DNA of 64,000 bases from a virus. The notes under the pieces were generated by a model. That model ran no database searches. It was given only the letters and a program-made list of their open reading frames with translations, and was not told the origin of the DNA. This document shows positions 39,834 to 49,809 of the stretch, piece after piece (within the stretch, counting starts at the first letter, position 1; the number at the start of each line of letters is the position of its first letter). The stretch lies in IMG/VR virus record IMGVR_UViG_3300027983_000009, positions 1 through 64,000 of that record. One strand, 5' to 3'. Made by a program: the position numbers and the translations under genes.

Positions 39834-40841
39834 GTGTTTACAACAGACAGCAGGACGGAAAACTTCCTGACGCAGATGGGTGTGCAATACTCGTATCGCA
39901 ACGGATTGCGATTCCCGGAGGAGTTTGCACCGGGTTGGGATCAGGAGAACCTGGGAAGACCGGTGGCCGTCCGTGAGGACGCTGTGTTGGAGTATGCGGC
40001 GCTGATGGAGGGAGGCTCAGCCGCCCCAGCCACGATACTATGTGCGACACGTGATGGTTTTCGTGTGTTGGATGGGGTCCAGCGTCTATCTGCAGAGCTT
40101 CTGCAGGAGACTACCAGGATTTCTGCCTACGTTGTGGAGACGGACTCGGAGGACTCACTTGCGGCAATCCGGGTGCTGGCGAATGCGAGAATGCAGGGCC
40201 GTGCAGAGCCGGCTGAGTGGACTCGTCGACGAGCTGTCGAGGTGTTGGTAATCGCCAGAAAAATGAGTTACGCAGAGGTCGCCAAGATGGGCGGCTGGAA
40301 GACAGCAGACGTGAAGAGGATAGCGGAGGCTATCGAGCTCCAGAGCTGGATTCGAGATGTTGGAGGACCGGCGGATCTCCCAGATTTGCTGCTGGCGGAG
40401 CTGCGACCACACCTTGAGACTGGTAACCTCCTGGAGAAGGCAACACTGCCAATAACAGCCTTCCTGCAGACTATCCGGAAGGCGAAGCTGTCTGTTCAGG
40501 ACGCTGTACCATTTATTGACGAGTTCTTTGCCCCGCTACCGAAGGGGTCGAACCCGTATCAGGTGTACTCGAGCAGGCTTGATGATGTCCACAAAGAGAC
40601 AGAGATCTCAACCAGGCTAACCGGCCGGCAGAGAATGGAGATACCCAAAGACGTTGTCTTGTTAAGGGCGCTGAAAACTGTCGAGACAGTTGTTGACAGC
40701 ATCCTGACGCACGGCGAGCCGGTACCAAACGTGGACGAGTTTTTCCACATACTGAACAGGGTCACAAAAAAGCTGAAGGTGTTCTCTACGAACAAGAAAA
40801 ATCAGAAGGGGCAGCCAGCAGTAGACAGGACGAGCAGATGA
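39834..40841 (+). CDS. ParB/Srx-like N-terminal domain protein
   Basis: VLEYA..M..G..APATIL...RVLDGVQRLSA; HTH-like MSYAEVAKMGG. Confidence 0.55.
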   Translation: MFTTDSRTENFLTQMGVQYSYRNGLRFPEEFAPGWDQENLGRPVAVREDAVLEYAALMEGGSAAPATILCATRDGFRVLDGVQRLSAELLQETTRISAYVVETDSEDSLAAIRVLANARMQGRAEPAEWTRRRAVEVLVIARKMSYAEVAKMGGWKTADVKRIAEAIELQSWIRDVGGPADLPDLLLAELRPHLETGNLLEKATLPITAFLQTIRKAKLSVQDAVPFIDEFFAPLPKGSNPYQVYSSRLDDVHKETEISTRLTGRQRMEIPKDVVLLRALKTVETVVDSILTHGEPVPNVDEFFHILNRVTKKLKVFSTNKKNQKGQPAVDRTSR

Positions 40842-41572
40842 TTTCGCAGATAAAGCGGAGGTTTGAGGATTTATCCTCATACCTCAACAAGGACACAGAG
40901 GGTCTGAAAAGATTGAAGGCGCTTAAAGACGATGTGAATGTGTTGCGGAAGGCGTTAGCCGTCGCGGAAGATAGCACCAGACGAGCAGAGGAGACCAAGA
41001 ATGCTGCCAGGGCGAGGGCCGACAGTGCAGAGGCGGCTAACTACGCAGCACAGCTGGAGAGTATGCAGCTGCTGGTCAGGGTTGATGCTTTAACCAGAGA
41101 AGTGGCATCGCTAACACCTGCAGAGGTCATCGAGGAGGGTGATCACGCAGAGTCAGCTGGTGGTGATATGCAGGAACACGTTGTTAGGGCCGTATTGAAA
41201 AAACTCAGGAAGGAAGTACGCTGCTGCCCTAAAGCTATAATGCGGGAAAAAGAAACCGGCCGTACAAGATCGGCCGCTTCAACAACTCGTGCTGATACCT
41301 ATGTGCGAGAGGAGTTTGCGACAGGTTGGTCGCATAAAGACCTGTGGACGCTAGGTGCAGCAGTTGCAGTTATCGCAAGCATGAACGGTGGTGTGACAAT
41401 TGTGACGGATAAACTGTTCAAGCAGATGGCTGTTAAAGGAGACGAGGGGCCAGTGGAGCGACATATGTGGCAATGGTTCGCCCCGAAAAACGTTGAACAG
41501 TTCTCTGCTGCTTCTTCTAAGCTGTATGAGGCGGCGGATTCAGGACAACATCCAAGTCACGACTATATTTAG
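40838..41572 (+). CDS. Coiled-coil protein, paralog A
   Basis: MISQIKRRFE...KALKDDVNVLRKA shared with next ORF. Confidence 0.65.
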   Translation: MISQIKRRFEDLSSYLNKDTEGLKRLKALKDDVNVLRKALAVAEDSTRRAEETKNAARARADSAEAANYAAQLESMQLLVRVDALTREVASLTPAEVIEEGDHAESAGGDMQEHVVRAVLKKLRKEVRCCPKAIMREKETGRTRSAASTTRADTYVREEFATGWSHKDLWTLGAAVAVIASMNGGVTIVTDKLFKQMAVKGDEGPVERHMWQWFAPKNVEQFSAASSKLYEAADSGQHPSHDYI

Positions 41573-41581
41573 GGGCGCACG

Positions 41582-42370
41582 ATGATTTCGCAGATAAAGC
41601 GGAGGTTTGAGGAGCTCTCGGAATACCTGAACAACGATACCGCGGGGCAGAAGAGACTGAAGGCCCTTAAAGACGATGTGAATGTGTTGCGGAAGGCGAT
41701 GGCTGCAGCGGTGGAGGACACAAAGCGAGCAGAGGAGATCAAGCACACAACCAGAGTGCGGGCCGATTCGGCCGAGCTGCAAGTTGAGAAGGCCGAGCAG
41801 GTCGCCACACAATTGAAGGATCAGGTTGCCAGTCTTCGTCGCGAGGTGACAGAGCTTGAGCGAAAGCTGCGACCAGATTTGGTGACTGCTGAAAGCATAC
41901 CGGGCGATAAATCGCACAGACTGCGCGAGGCTATTTTGGAGGCGCTGTTGCACCTCCGTAAAACCAACCCTATTTGTCCTACCTATATAGCGACAGTAAG
42001 TGCGACAGGGTTTTCACCTGGGTATAACGGGAAGGTGAGGACCGTCGCTGAGGTTTATGATCTCGACGAGTTTGAGAATGACTGGTCACCGGCCAGTCTT
42101 TGTCGACTAGGTACAGCGATGGCGCTGATAGTTCAAATGACAGGAGAGGTTACGTTTATTGGCGATGCATCTTTAGCCAGGAAGGACTATTTAGGGGGTC
42201 ATGTTAGTAAAGTCCTGGAGATAGGGTTGCACAGCTGGTTTTCTGCAAATCTCGATCAGATGGTTGCTGAGGATCAGCAAGAGGTAGTCGCACACAGGGA
42301 GCTGATGCGAGGTCCATCTACCAAGAAGCAGTTCAACAGAGCAAAAAAAGAAGAAAAGGGGACTACATGA
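41582..42370 (+). CDS. Coiled-coil protein, paralog B
   Basis: Near-identical N-terminal ~65 aa, divergent C-terminus. Confidence 0.65.
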   Translation: MISQIKRRFEELSEYLNNDTAGQKRLKALKDDVNVLRKAMAAAVEDTKRAEEIKHTTRVRADSAELQVEKAEQVATQLKDQVASLRREVTELERKLRPDLVTAESIPGDKSHRLREAILEALLHLRKTNPICPTYIATVSATGFSPGYNGKVRTVAEVYDLDEFENDWSPASLCRLGTAMALIVQMTGEVTFIGDASLARKDYLGGHVSKVLEIGLHSWFSANLDQMVAEDQQEVVAHRELMRGPSTKKQFNRAKKEEKGTT

Positions 42371-43891
42371 AGATCTGCGATAACTGTAGGCTGGAGAAAA
42401 ACATACTTATCCTACTAGACAGCGAGTTTGGCGGCGGAGGTGTGGAGCTGTGTGTGCACTGCCACGACAAGCTGGCGAAGCAGGTCGAGAAGATAAATAG
42501 CCGATTGGCAGCAATTCGGGACAGGGCTCGGCAGCGGGCCTTCAAAGAGTTAATGAGTGAGAACCCTCTACCTATCCGGGTTCAGCGAGCCCGGTGGGCT
42601 ATCACAGCGTTACTGTTGACTCTGTTTAGCTCCTCCACAAAGGGCGAACCGTGAGCACAGGGAAGCAGATGTGTGATCGCGAGCAAACGCCACTTTACTC
42701 GATAGGTACGTGGGATACGCACAGACAGGCCTTCACGCCGCATCGGGGGCTGTCTGTGCCGTCTTTCAACATTACTATCCTCCAGTTGAGGGTAGCTATG
42801 CGGGAGCTGCAAGAGACGGGCTATAGGTGCCACAGGTACCGAGGCCTAAACGGCGGAGAGGAGGACAATGACACGAGTGTGCTCATTGAAAGAACAGACG
42901 GGCAACCCTGGCGGGATATCCGTCGGGGTTGGAACAGATAACGAGCACCTAACACGCGAAGGGTTGAGAATTATGATGCTTGAAGAGGGTAAATACTACA
43001 AGAGCAGAGATGGGTATATAGTAGGCCCGGTAAGGCTAAGACTGCCGGTCGAGCGATATACTACTTTCCCATTCACGAGCCAGCTCGGAATAACGTACAC
43101 GAATAACGGGGTGGTTTATCGCACGCACGAGACAGGCGACGATTTGGTAAGCACGTGGGACCCTGTTGTGGCTCTAGCAGCACAGGCAGCACCGGTAGCA
43201 CCGGTAGCACCCGTTTCAGACAGTTGTGCGATCACGGGCATACCGTGGGTAGACTGGTTTAATCTGCAGAGCGATACCGATAGGCGGGTGATTGCGATAG
43301 AAGCACTTGCGGAGCTGCTCAGCCAGGCCACAATACTTGTCCGCACAGTTGGGGATACTGATGAAGTGGAATCTCTGTGTTGGGACAGCGGCGGAGAGAG
43401 TTTGAGTATACCCCTCTAGAGTGGTGAGTATGTTTGGTTATTCTGCAGAAATGAAGCCGCTGCAGAGGCATGCCTACCACTGTACGCTGAACTTGAGGCA
43501 GGTCAACTTCACAGGTAAAAAATTGTGTAACAGCACCACGGAATTACGAGATAACGAGAAACAGAGGGGACTAGACATGCAGATTTTTGGATCAAAACTC
43601 TGGCGGTTCTTTGGCGGAGAGAGGATTGAGGATGGGTTCAGACAGCTGTCCGACAGCATTATCAGTAACCGCAAGTTGATTTCAGAACTGCGCACAGAGA
43701 TCCTGTTGTTGCAGCGGAGAGTGTGGGCATTAGAATCGCACACTATTGAGGAGTCCGTGGCAGAGTGCGAGAAGAAGCTTGCGTCGTTTGAGGCGAGTGT
43801 AATAGCGTGGGCACCGATAGCACCAGATGAGCCGGACGCGCCGGATGTGGCAGTTGAGCCGGACGCGCCGGATGTGGCAGTTGAGCCGTGA
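42367..43891 (+). other. Four hypothetical CDS (42367-42654 CxxC, 42651-42941, 42973-43419, 43577-43891)
   Basis: Overlapping start/stop codons, RBSs. Confidence 0.5.
43442..43530 (-). promoter_or_regulatory. Antisense sigma70-type promoter + pseudoknot repeat cassette (copy 1)
   Basis: Minus strand: AT tract, TTGACC-16-TACAGT, 9 nt, GCC TC TGCAGC GGC TTCATT TCTGCA GA. Confidence 0.65.
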
Positions 43892-43939
43892 CAGTTTCCT
43901 CACACCAGCAACTCAAGGAGTGCCGCCATCAAAAATCTA

Positions 43940-44461
43940 GTGTTAATGTTCACTTTGTTTGATCCTGCGAAGCACATGTTCTCCGTACTGAGGTTGGAGA
44001 AAGAGCTGGCCCCGTATCCGCTACCGCAACACGAGATTCTGGCTATGCACAGGTGTTCCAACATAATGCATATGGTGATCGAGGCGGATCATGGGGTGAT
44101 CGGTCACTATGCGTTGCTATTCGCCAAGAAGAAGCAACCAGAGCTGTTACTGATTGCGATCACAGCCGAGTACCAGCGAAGGGGTATTGGGGCGGCTGTG
44201 TTGCACAGGATCGTGCTGCGTACTCTTCTGGGTAGGCAGAAGGGGGAGGACCTGATTGTCCGTGTGGCTGAGATCAACACACCTGCGCAACTCTTTTTCA
44301 GTAAGTGTGGGCTAAAGTGTGTGAGCATGGTCCCAGAATACTATCCCAGCGGTGAGACAGCCTACAGTTTCAGGGGGGACGCGTTGGGTATTGTGGGCAA
44401 CACGGTAGATAGGCTGCCGGAAGGCTACCCCAAGGAGCGAAGCAGCCGGGTGTCTGGCTGA
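43940..44461 (+). CDS. GNAT (RimI-like) acetyltransferase
   Basis: IAITAEYQRRGIG; VAEINTPAQLFFSKCG; EYYPSGETAY. Confidence 0.8.
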   Translation: MLMFTLFDPAKHMFSVLRLEKELAPYPLPQHEILAMHRCSNIMHMVIEADHGVIGHYALLFAKKKQPELLLIAITAEYQRRGIGAAVLHRIVLRTLLGRQKGEDLIVRVAEINTPAQLFFSKCGLKCVSMVPEYYPSGETAYSFRGDALGIVGNTVDRLPEGYPKERSSRVSG

Positions 44462-44505
44462 GGCAGGATCCAAAAACAGAAAGTAGACAAAGTGGGGCAA
44501 GAACA

Positions 44506-44970
44506 GTGCGGATTGGCAGAAGGGTTACAGGGCTGCCCTGTTTGAGTGTGCTCTCAATTCCTGTGAAGCAGGTAGTTGCACCGAAAGAAACTGAGCAGCC
44601 AGCGGAGAGCTTAGCGACGGCCAGTGAAGACTGGGCTGAACTAACCGACCCGTTGCACCTTCTGCGGGTAGATGTAGACTGGGTGCTCGAACCTACCGAC
44701 ACGGGCGAGCGACCAGAGCCGTGGGTAGTGGTTACATCGGTGTTGGAGGGTTATTGCCTAGGCAACATGCGAAAAGACCTCAAGTTCCGGTGCCTGCATA
44801 AAGACTTACCATTACCACTTCGAAAAATTGTGCTAACCAAGTGGCTCGTAGAGCACCCGGACTTGCGGTATACCGTGCAGTTTAGCACCTGCAGGCCAAC
44901 CCCTAGACGACATTACATCCGTATTACAGCAATCGGTACAGAGACAGTGGAGATACCACAATCAAAGTAA
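44506..44970 (+). CDS. Hypothetical protein
   Basis: ORF. Confidence 0.45.
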   Translation: MRIGRRVTGLPCLSVLSIPVKQVVAPKETEQPAESLATASEDWAELTDPLHLLRVDVDWVLEPTDTGERPEPWVVVTSVLEGYCLGNMRKDLKFRCLHKDLPLPLRKIVLTKWLVEHPDLRYTVQFSTCRPTPRRHYIRITAIGTETVEIPQSK

Positions 44971-45027
44971 GGACCTGCATTGTGTAGGTACCTGCAGTAA
45001 ACAATTAATTCGCAGAGAGGCAGAGAG

Positions 45028-45277
45028 ATGACTCGTGAGACTATGAGACTGCAGCTGACAGCTGCAGCACTTGAGCGGCTAATAGGCGAGGATGTAGAGC
45101 TCGAGCTGGAGCTCAAAAATTGACCGGAAGGTGCGAGACGCTGTAGCACTAGCTACCCGTGCGATGGTAGACACAGCTGTTGCCGCAGCGGTCAAAGTAG
45201 CAGTAGAAGAAGCGCAGAAGTCGATGCCTCCGATCCAGCTGAAACTGGTTCAAGAAAACACCGTAACTACAAGCTAA
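45028..45277 (+). pseudogene. Frameshifted small gene
   Basis: MTRETMRL...LELK stops at 45121; +1 frame continues IDRKVRDAV...TTS*; shift at A5 run 45115-45119. Confidence 0.45.
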
Positions 45278-45299
45278 CAGAAACAGTGGAGATACCCCT

Positions 45300-46436
45300 A
45301 TGATTGATGAGGCGGCACCAGATACACCCTATGTCAGAGCAATCCAGAAAAGGTTGGAGTTGCTCCAGCATATGCTAGGCGCCACCAGCCAGAAGAGACC
45401 AGCAACGTGGGGTGAGAGAAATTACTTCTGTGCCGAGATAGGCAGCGAAGACCACACTGTGCTGGTCAGTATGGTTGAAGAGGATCTCGTGCAGGCTGGC
45501 GGCACTATCAACGAGGGTACCGACCAGTATTTTTTCGCCACCAGGGCGGGGGCGCAAGCCATAGGGATGAGCAAAGCTGCTATCGGCAGAATGATCGATC
45601 GGCAGAGGGCGAGGACTAAGGCCCGGCAGGACGCTGCCGCTGTTGCAGCCGCTGTCGCTGCAGCTGCTGAGGGTAGTGTAGAGCCCACTGAGGGCGACGC
45701 TGTGTAACTCAGATACTTATTTTTCGCGGGAGCAGAGATGCCAATTTACAGGGTTATAGTACGCACGATGTTCGAGATTGATGCAGAGTCAGAACACGCA
45801 GCTAGAGTGCAGGCGTTTGAGGCTGCCGATAACTGTCTGGAGGAGACCCACGACACATTCCAACGATGTCGAAAGCGTGACCAGTTGTACGGACGCATCC
45901 ACAGCGCCAATGACGGCAATCGTACGCTGTGCGGATTACCGATGGACGAGCGGTGGTGGATCCTGACCACAGACGGCAAACACGCTCCAGAGTGTGACCA
46001 GTGTGCCGTATACGGACTAACAGAGAGCAGCAAATAGGAGACGATGATGTTCAAAGTAATGATCAACCCGAAGCCGGAAGAGCAAGGCACCGGCATCACC
46101 AGTGTGCGAAGGTGGGAAGACCCGGAGGTACTGGACAGCCTGCGTAAACTGTTCGACATGACCAGCAACGAAGTTCTGCTACAGCTGGAGATCAGCAAGG
46201 CAGGCATCGTAGGGAGGTTTGGTCGCACCGCGGTTACGCCCAAACAGAAAGACAGCTGGATCTACACCAGCGAAAAGATGCCCCAACCGGGCGAGCGTGT
46301 GCTGGGTATGACTGAAGATGGTATGTGGGCTGTGGTAATATGGACGACCAAGTACGTACCTATGCTGTACGTGCCGTCTGTTGACACTACCACGCAGTGT
46401 AAACCAGTCGTGAAATGGAAACGCGTAACACTATAG
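45300..46436 (+). other. Three hypothetical CDS (45300-45707, 45738-46037 Zn-binding, 46044-46436 with DUF551-like C-terminus)
   Basis: RBS-preceded ORFs; WIYTSEKMP motif. Confidence 0.55.
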
Positions 46437-46494
46437 TGTCCGCGTTGTGACTCTGGTTATTAGTAACAGACACTACAACTGAAAGAGAGTATAC

Positions 46495-46815
46495 ATGACC
46501 ACAGAATTGCCGAAGTACGTTTGTCACAAAGAGGTGCGAGCGCTAAAGATCGCAAGAGTGGCGAAGCACGCTCACTCAGACCCTAACGTAGATGACGCGA
46601 CGTTTGAGGCGTCATCTGTATTCCAGGGGGCGCACCTGATGCCGGAGCGAAAGGACTTCCTGCCGGTCCCGGTCGACCCAGCGTGGTATCGGAAACACAA
46701 ACCGTCAGGTGAGGGCTACTACGTTGTGTACGCTGACGGTTACACGTCGTGGTCACCGGTTGAGGCGTTTGAGCAGGGTTACGTATTGGCAGATGAGCCG
46801 AAGACAGGAGAATGA
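46495..46815 (+). CDS. Conserved phage protein (YYVVYADGYTSWSP..AFE.GY family)
   Basis: Y.CHK.V.A.KI N-terminus and GY.SWSP motif. Confidence 0.65.
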   Translation: MTTELPKYVCHKEVRALKIARVAKHAHSDPNVDDATFEASSVFQGAHLMPERKDFLPVPVDPAWYRKHKPSGEGYYVVYADGYTSWSPVEAFEQGYVLADEPKTGE

Positions 46816-47346
46816 CCGTGAGCAGCGACTCTACGTGCCCATACTGTCAGCAGGATGGTATGGTCACAGAGTCAATGTCTGAAGACGAGGAGGTCGAGGT
46901 AGAGTGTGGAGGTTGCAGTGAGACGTTCATAGTCACAGCCTCGGTTCGTGTGCTGTATAATGTATCCTGTGCACCGGGTAAGCACGACCTGCGGCCAAAC
47001 AAAAAACACGACGGCTGGTACAACTGCAGCAAATGTGACTCATTCTTGAATGAGGTGATCCACCAAGACGAGTTCACCAAACCAGCCAGCTAGGTAGCGT
47101 ATTTTAACGCAGCGGAGTAGACCCGTGTACGAAGAACGGAGAAGACCTATGCATATCGATGAGGTGCAGGCAGACGTGGATGACGTCACCAAAGCTGCAA
47201 ATGAGCTTGTAGAGCACCTGACCACCGCGGAGTGTTGTGAGACTATAGAGGACCTTCAGGTGAACCTCGAGAATGCTGTGCGTACAGCTGGCGAGATTCA
47301 GGCAGCCGCAAAGAGGCTGCATAAATTGGCAATGCGACTACGGTAG
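46812..47346 (+). other. Two CDS: Zn-ribbon protein (46812-47093) and coiled-coil protein (47149-47346)
   Basis: CPYC/CGGC/CSKC; RBS. Confidence 0.5.
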
Positions 47347-47371
47347 TCGCGAGCGTGATAGTGTTTAGTAT

Positions 47372-47419
47372 GCCTACTTGGGGGCTTCGTATCCAAGCTG
47401 CTCCGGTTGAAAGGGATGT
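47372..47419 (+). ncRNA. Pseudoknot repeat + candidate self-targeting guide (47400-47419)
   Basis: GCC TA CTTGGG GGC TTCGTA TCCAAG CT, then GCTCCGGTTGAAAGGGATGT, matching 47541-47560 (17/20) behind TTT. Confidence 0.55.
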
Positions 47420-47426
47420 GGCTACT

Positions 47427-47726
47427 ATGTCTAAATCATCTGAAGCTCTACAGCGTGCGTTCATAGCAGACCCCGGAGCTATCCGGTCGCTGATGTTGAA
47501 CAGAGCGCCGTGCAATGCGGCTCTGGTTGACCATGAATTTGTTCCGGTTGAAAGAGATATGTGTATGCCGGGGGCGCATTTCACAATCAGCGCTATTGGG
47601 CTGGTCAACGCAGTACTTGCAGCGAACGGCCTGCCGCTGGTTGCAGGTATGTGGGAGGATGGCGAAAAGGTAGGGTGTGACAATTTTGTAGGGTTCTGTG
47701 AGTGCACACCAACTGTAGAGATCTAA
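47427..47726 (+). CDS. Hypothetical protein (contains the candidate protospacer)
   Basis: MSKSSEALQRAF.ADP...CN..LVDH...IGLVNAV. Confidence 0.6.
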   Translation: MSKSSEALQRAFIADPGAIRSLMLNRAPCNAALVDHEFVPVERDMCMPGAHFTISAIGLVNAVLAANGLPLVAGMWEDGEKVGCDNFVGFCECTPTVEI

Positions 47727-48248
47727 TCTAAGGAGGTGAGCCGTGGATGCAGATAACCTAATAGCGAGAGCCAGAAGGCAGCAAGTTGTCGGCAATGGCA
47801 AGGCGCAGATTGCGGCCCTCGTGTACGAACTGGAGATGCGGGAGGCTCAGGTGGGCGGTATGACAATCCGCTTGCATGAAGCTGAGTCACAGTTAGCGAA
47901 CTACATCAAACTTATTAAGGAAGGCGCAGCTAGGCGTCTTAAGCAAGGGGGTGTATAATGTTCAATAGACACAATAATATGGATGGGATGGCGGCACTAG
48001 CCAGTTCCGGTTGGGGTGGTGTTACTTCGTGTGGATATCCCAGTGATAGTGCGGGTTACTGCGAGTAGGGCTACCCAAGACGGGTTGCCAGCCCAGCTCG
48101 TTGTTGTGTTTCCGCAAGGTAGGCTGTGTGTCGAGGATATGAGTGGCGACTGGCAAGCTGTGCGGACCCCGCCAAAGATGTTGAAGACAGTCGCGATGAG
48201 AGAGCAAGCAGCGGTAAGCCCCGTAGCAAACACCAGACAGGAGTAGAT

Positions 48249-48608
48249 GTGGGAGAATTTGAAAAGTCAAAACTGCCAGTAACCTTCGAAGAGTGGGCCA
48301 CACACCCCAGACCCAAACCGCTAGACGCAGACGCCCTGGAGCTGTGGCTAGCTGCGCAGGGGCGTTGTAAACCGTGCCCATTTTGCGGCACAAGCCGTAC
48401 GCTAGTGTCTAGCGAGCTGAACGCTCAGACTAATATTTACATCACACACATTGCCTGCAGTAACTTCAAGTGCTTCGTTGTAGTAGCAGGTAATTCGAGA
48501 TACAGCCGATTGCAGGCACAGCAGGAGGCGTTTAACAAGTGGCAACGCAGACCGGCAGGAGTAACAGAAACAGGAGACAATAACCCACCCCTCAAGCAGC
48601 TACCGTAG
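48249..48608 (+). CDS. Lar-family (restriction alleviation-like) Zn-ribbon protein
   Basis: KPCPFCG...CSNFKC...AFNKWQRR. Confidence 0.55.
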   Translation: MGEFEKSKLPVTFEEWATHPRPKPLDADALELWLAAQGRCKPCPFCGTSRTLVSSELNAQTNIYITHIACSNFKCFVVVAGNSRYSRLQAQQEAFNKWQRRPAGVTETGDNNPPLKQLP

Positions 48609-48639
48609 CTGCTTTCATTATTAATAACCAACTTTACAT

Positions 48640-48667
48640 GCCGTTGCAGAGGCTTCGTGGCTGCGAG
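48640..48667 (+). repeat. Cas12m-repeat-like pseudoknot motif
   Basis: GCC GT TGCAGA GGC TTCGTG GCTGCG AG; operator-like ATTATTAATAAC at 48617-48628. Confidence 0.65.
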
Positions 48668-48682
48668 AGAGGGTAGTGAACA

Positions 48683-49678
48683 ATGACAAAAAACCAGCAA
48701 TCTCTACCTGTGGGCGAGCGTCGGGTTCGTTGGGTAGCAGCTGAACGAGATGACTCTTCGTTCGTAACGGAGTACAGGCTTATCGTTGGCAAGCTTATTA
48801 GACGCGGCAAGATGCGGTGTGTAGCGACAGTCTGGGTTAAACCGGAATGCAACTATGCAACGTGGCACACGTGGGACATTCAAGGGACAGGTGGCGAGAA
48901 TAGTGTTGAGTACGCCGACAGCTGCGAGGCAGCTACGCTGCAGGCTAAAGGTATGGCGTCATTAGCGGCAATTACTCAGGGTTTCGTGTAGGTAATCAGC
49001 AGGAGAGTAATATGACAGAGCCGTGCTATATGTTGAAGATAGCAGACAGGCTGACAGGGCATGCGCACTGTGGAGCGAGCGACGCAGAGGCTGCGGCAGA
49101 CATCATCAGACAGGTGCACGGTATTCTGGTGCAGGTGCGGCAGCAGTATTTACTCCCGACAGAGGCCGGATACCGTGGAGGGCTGAGTCAGGAAGTGCGA
49201 GCACAGATCATGACACTACTTTGAAGAGGAGCAGAGAGAAGTGAAGAAACAGAAAGCAGCACTAACTGAGGCGCAGCAACCACCAAAAACACTACGCGAC
49301 TTAAAGGTCGGTGACAGCGTGTTTGTTGTGCATCAGCGTGGGAGGTGGGATCCTGCAGAGTATAGGACAGCGGTTGCCACTGTGGTAAAGGTGGGTAGGT
49401 TGTACGCATACATTGAGCAGGGTGTGTACAGTGACCTGTCACCGTTCTGTCGCGACACTGGGTCTAGCGTCCACCCGGGTGATGGTAATGTGAGATCTAA
49501 TAACCGCGGGTTTGATGTGCACCTGTCACAGCAAGGCTACCATGAATCCGGGCAGAGAAGCGCGGAGATGGCCAGGCTGACCAGACGGATCATCGCGAGG
49601 ATGGGTGATCTGATACAGCTACCGCCAGAAGTTGTGACAGCGATACACAAGCTGTTGGACGACGCCAAGCTGGATTAG
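48683..49678 (+). other. Three hypothetical CDS (48683-48991, 49012-49224, 49241-49678 SH3-like 'LKVGDSV..VVKVGR')
   Basis: RBS-preceded ORFs. Confidence 0.55.
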
Positions 49679-49691
49679 CAACCCAGCCAAT

Positions 49692-49769
49692 GTGTAGTGC
49701 CGCTGCAGAGGCGTAATATCTGCAGAGCCCAGAATATGGTGACAACCCTGCCGACGTTCGGCGGGGTTG
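49692..49769 (+). ncRNA. Repeat + 16-nt segment + hairpin immediately upstream of cas12m
   Basis: GTGTAGT GCC GC TGCAGA GGC GTAATA TCTGCA GA; 12-bp hairpin 49743-49769. Confidence 0.55.
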
Positions 49770-49809
49770 GCAGCAAGCAGCAAACATCAAACAGAGAGCA
49801 GGAATCAGA

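Noticed and set aside
43829-43889. 27-nt direct repeat
   Set aside because: Simple in-frame tandem duplication (EPDAPDVAV) at a protein C-terminus
49743-49769. Intrinsic terminator
   Set aside because: Strong hairpin but no U-tract
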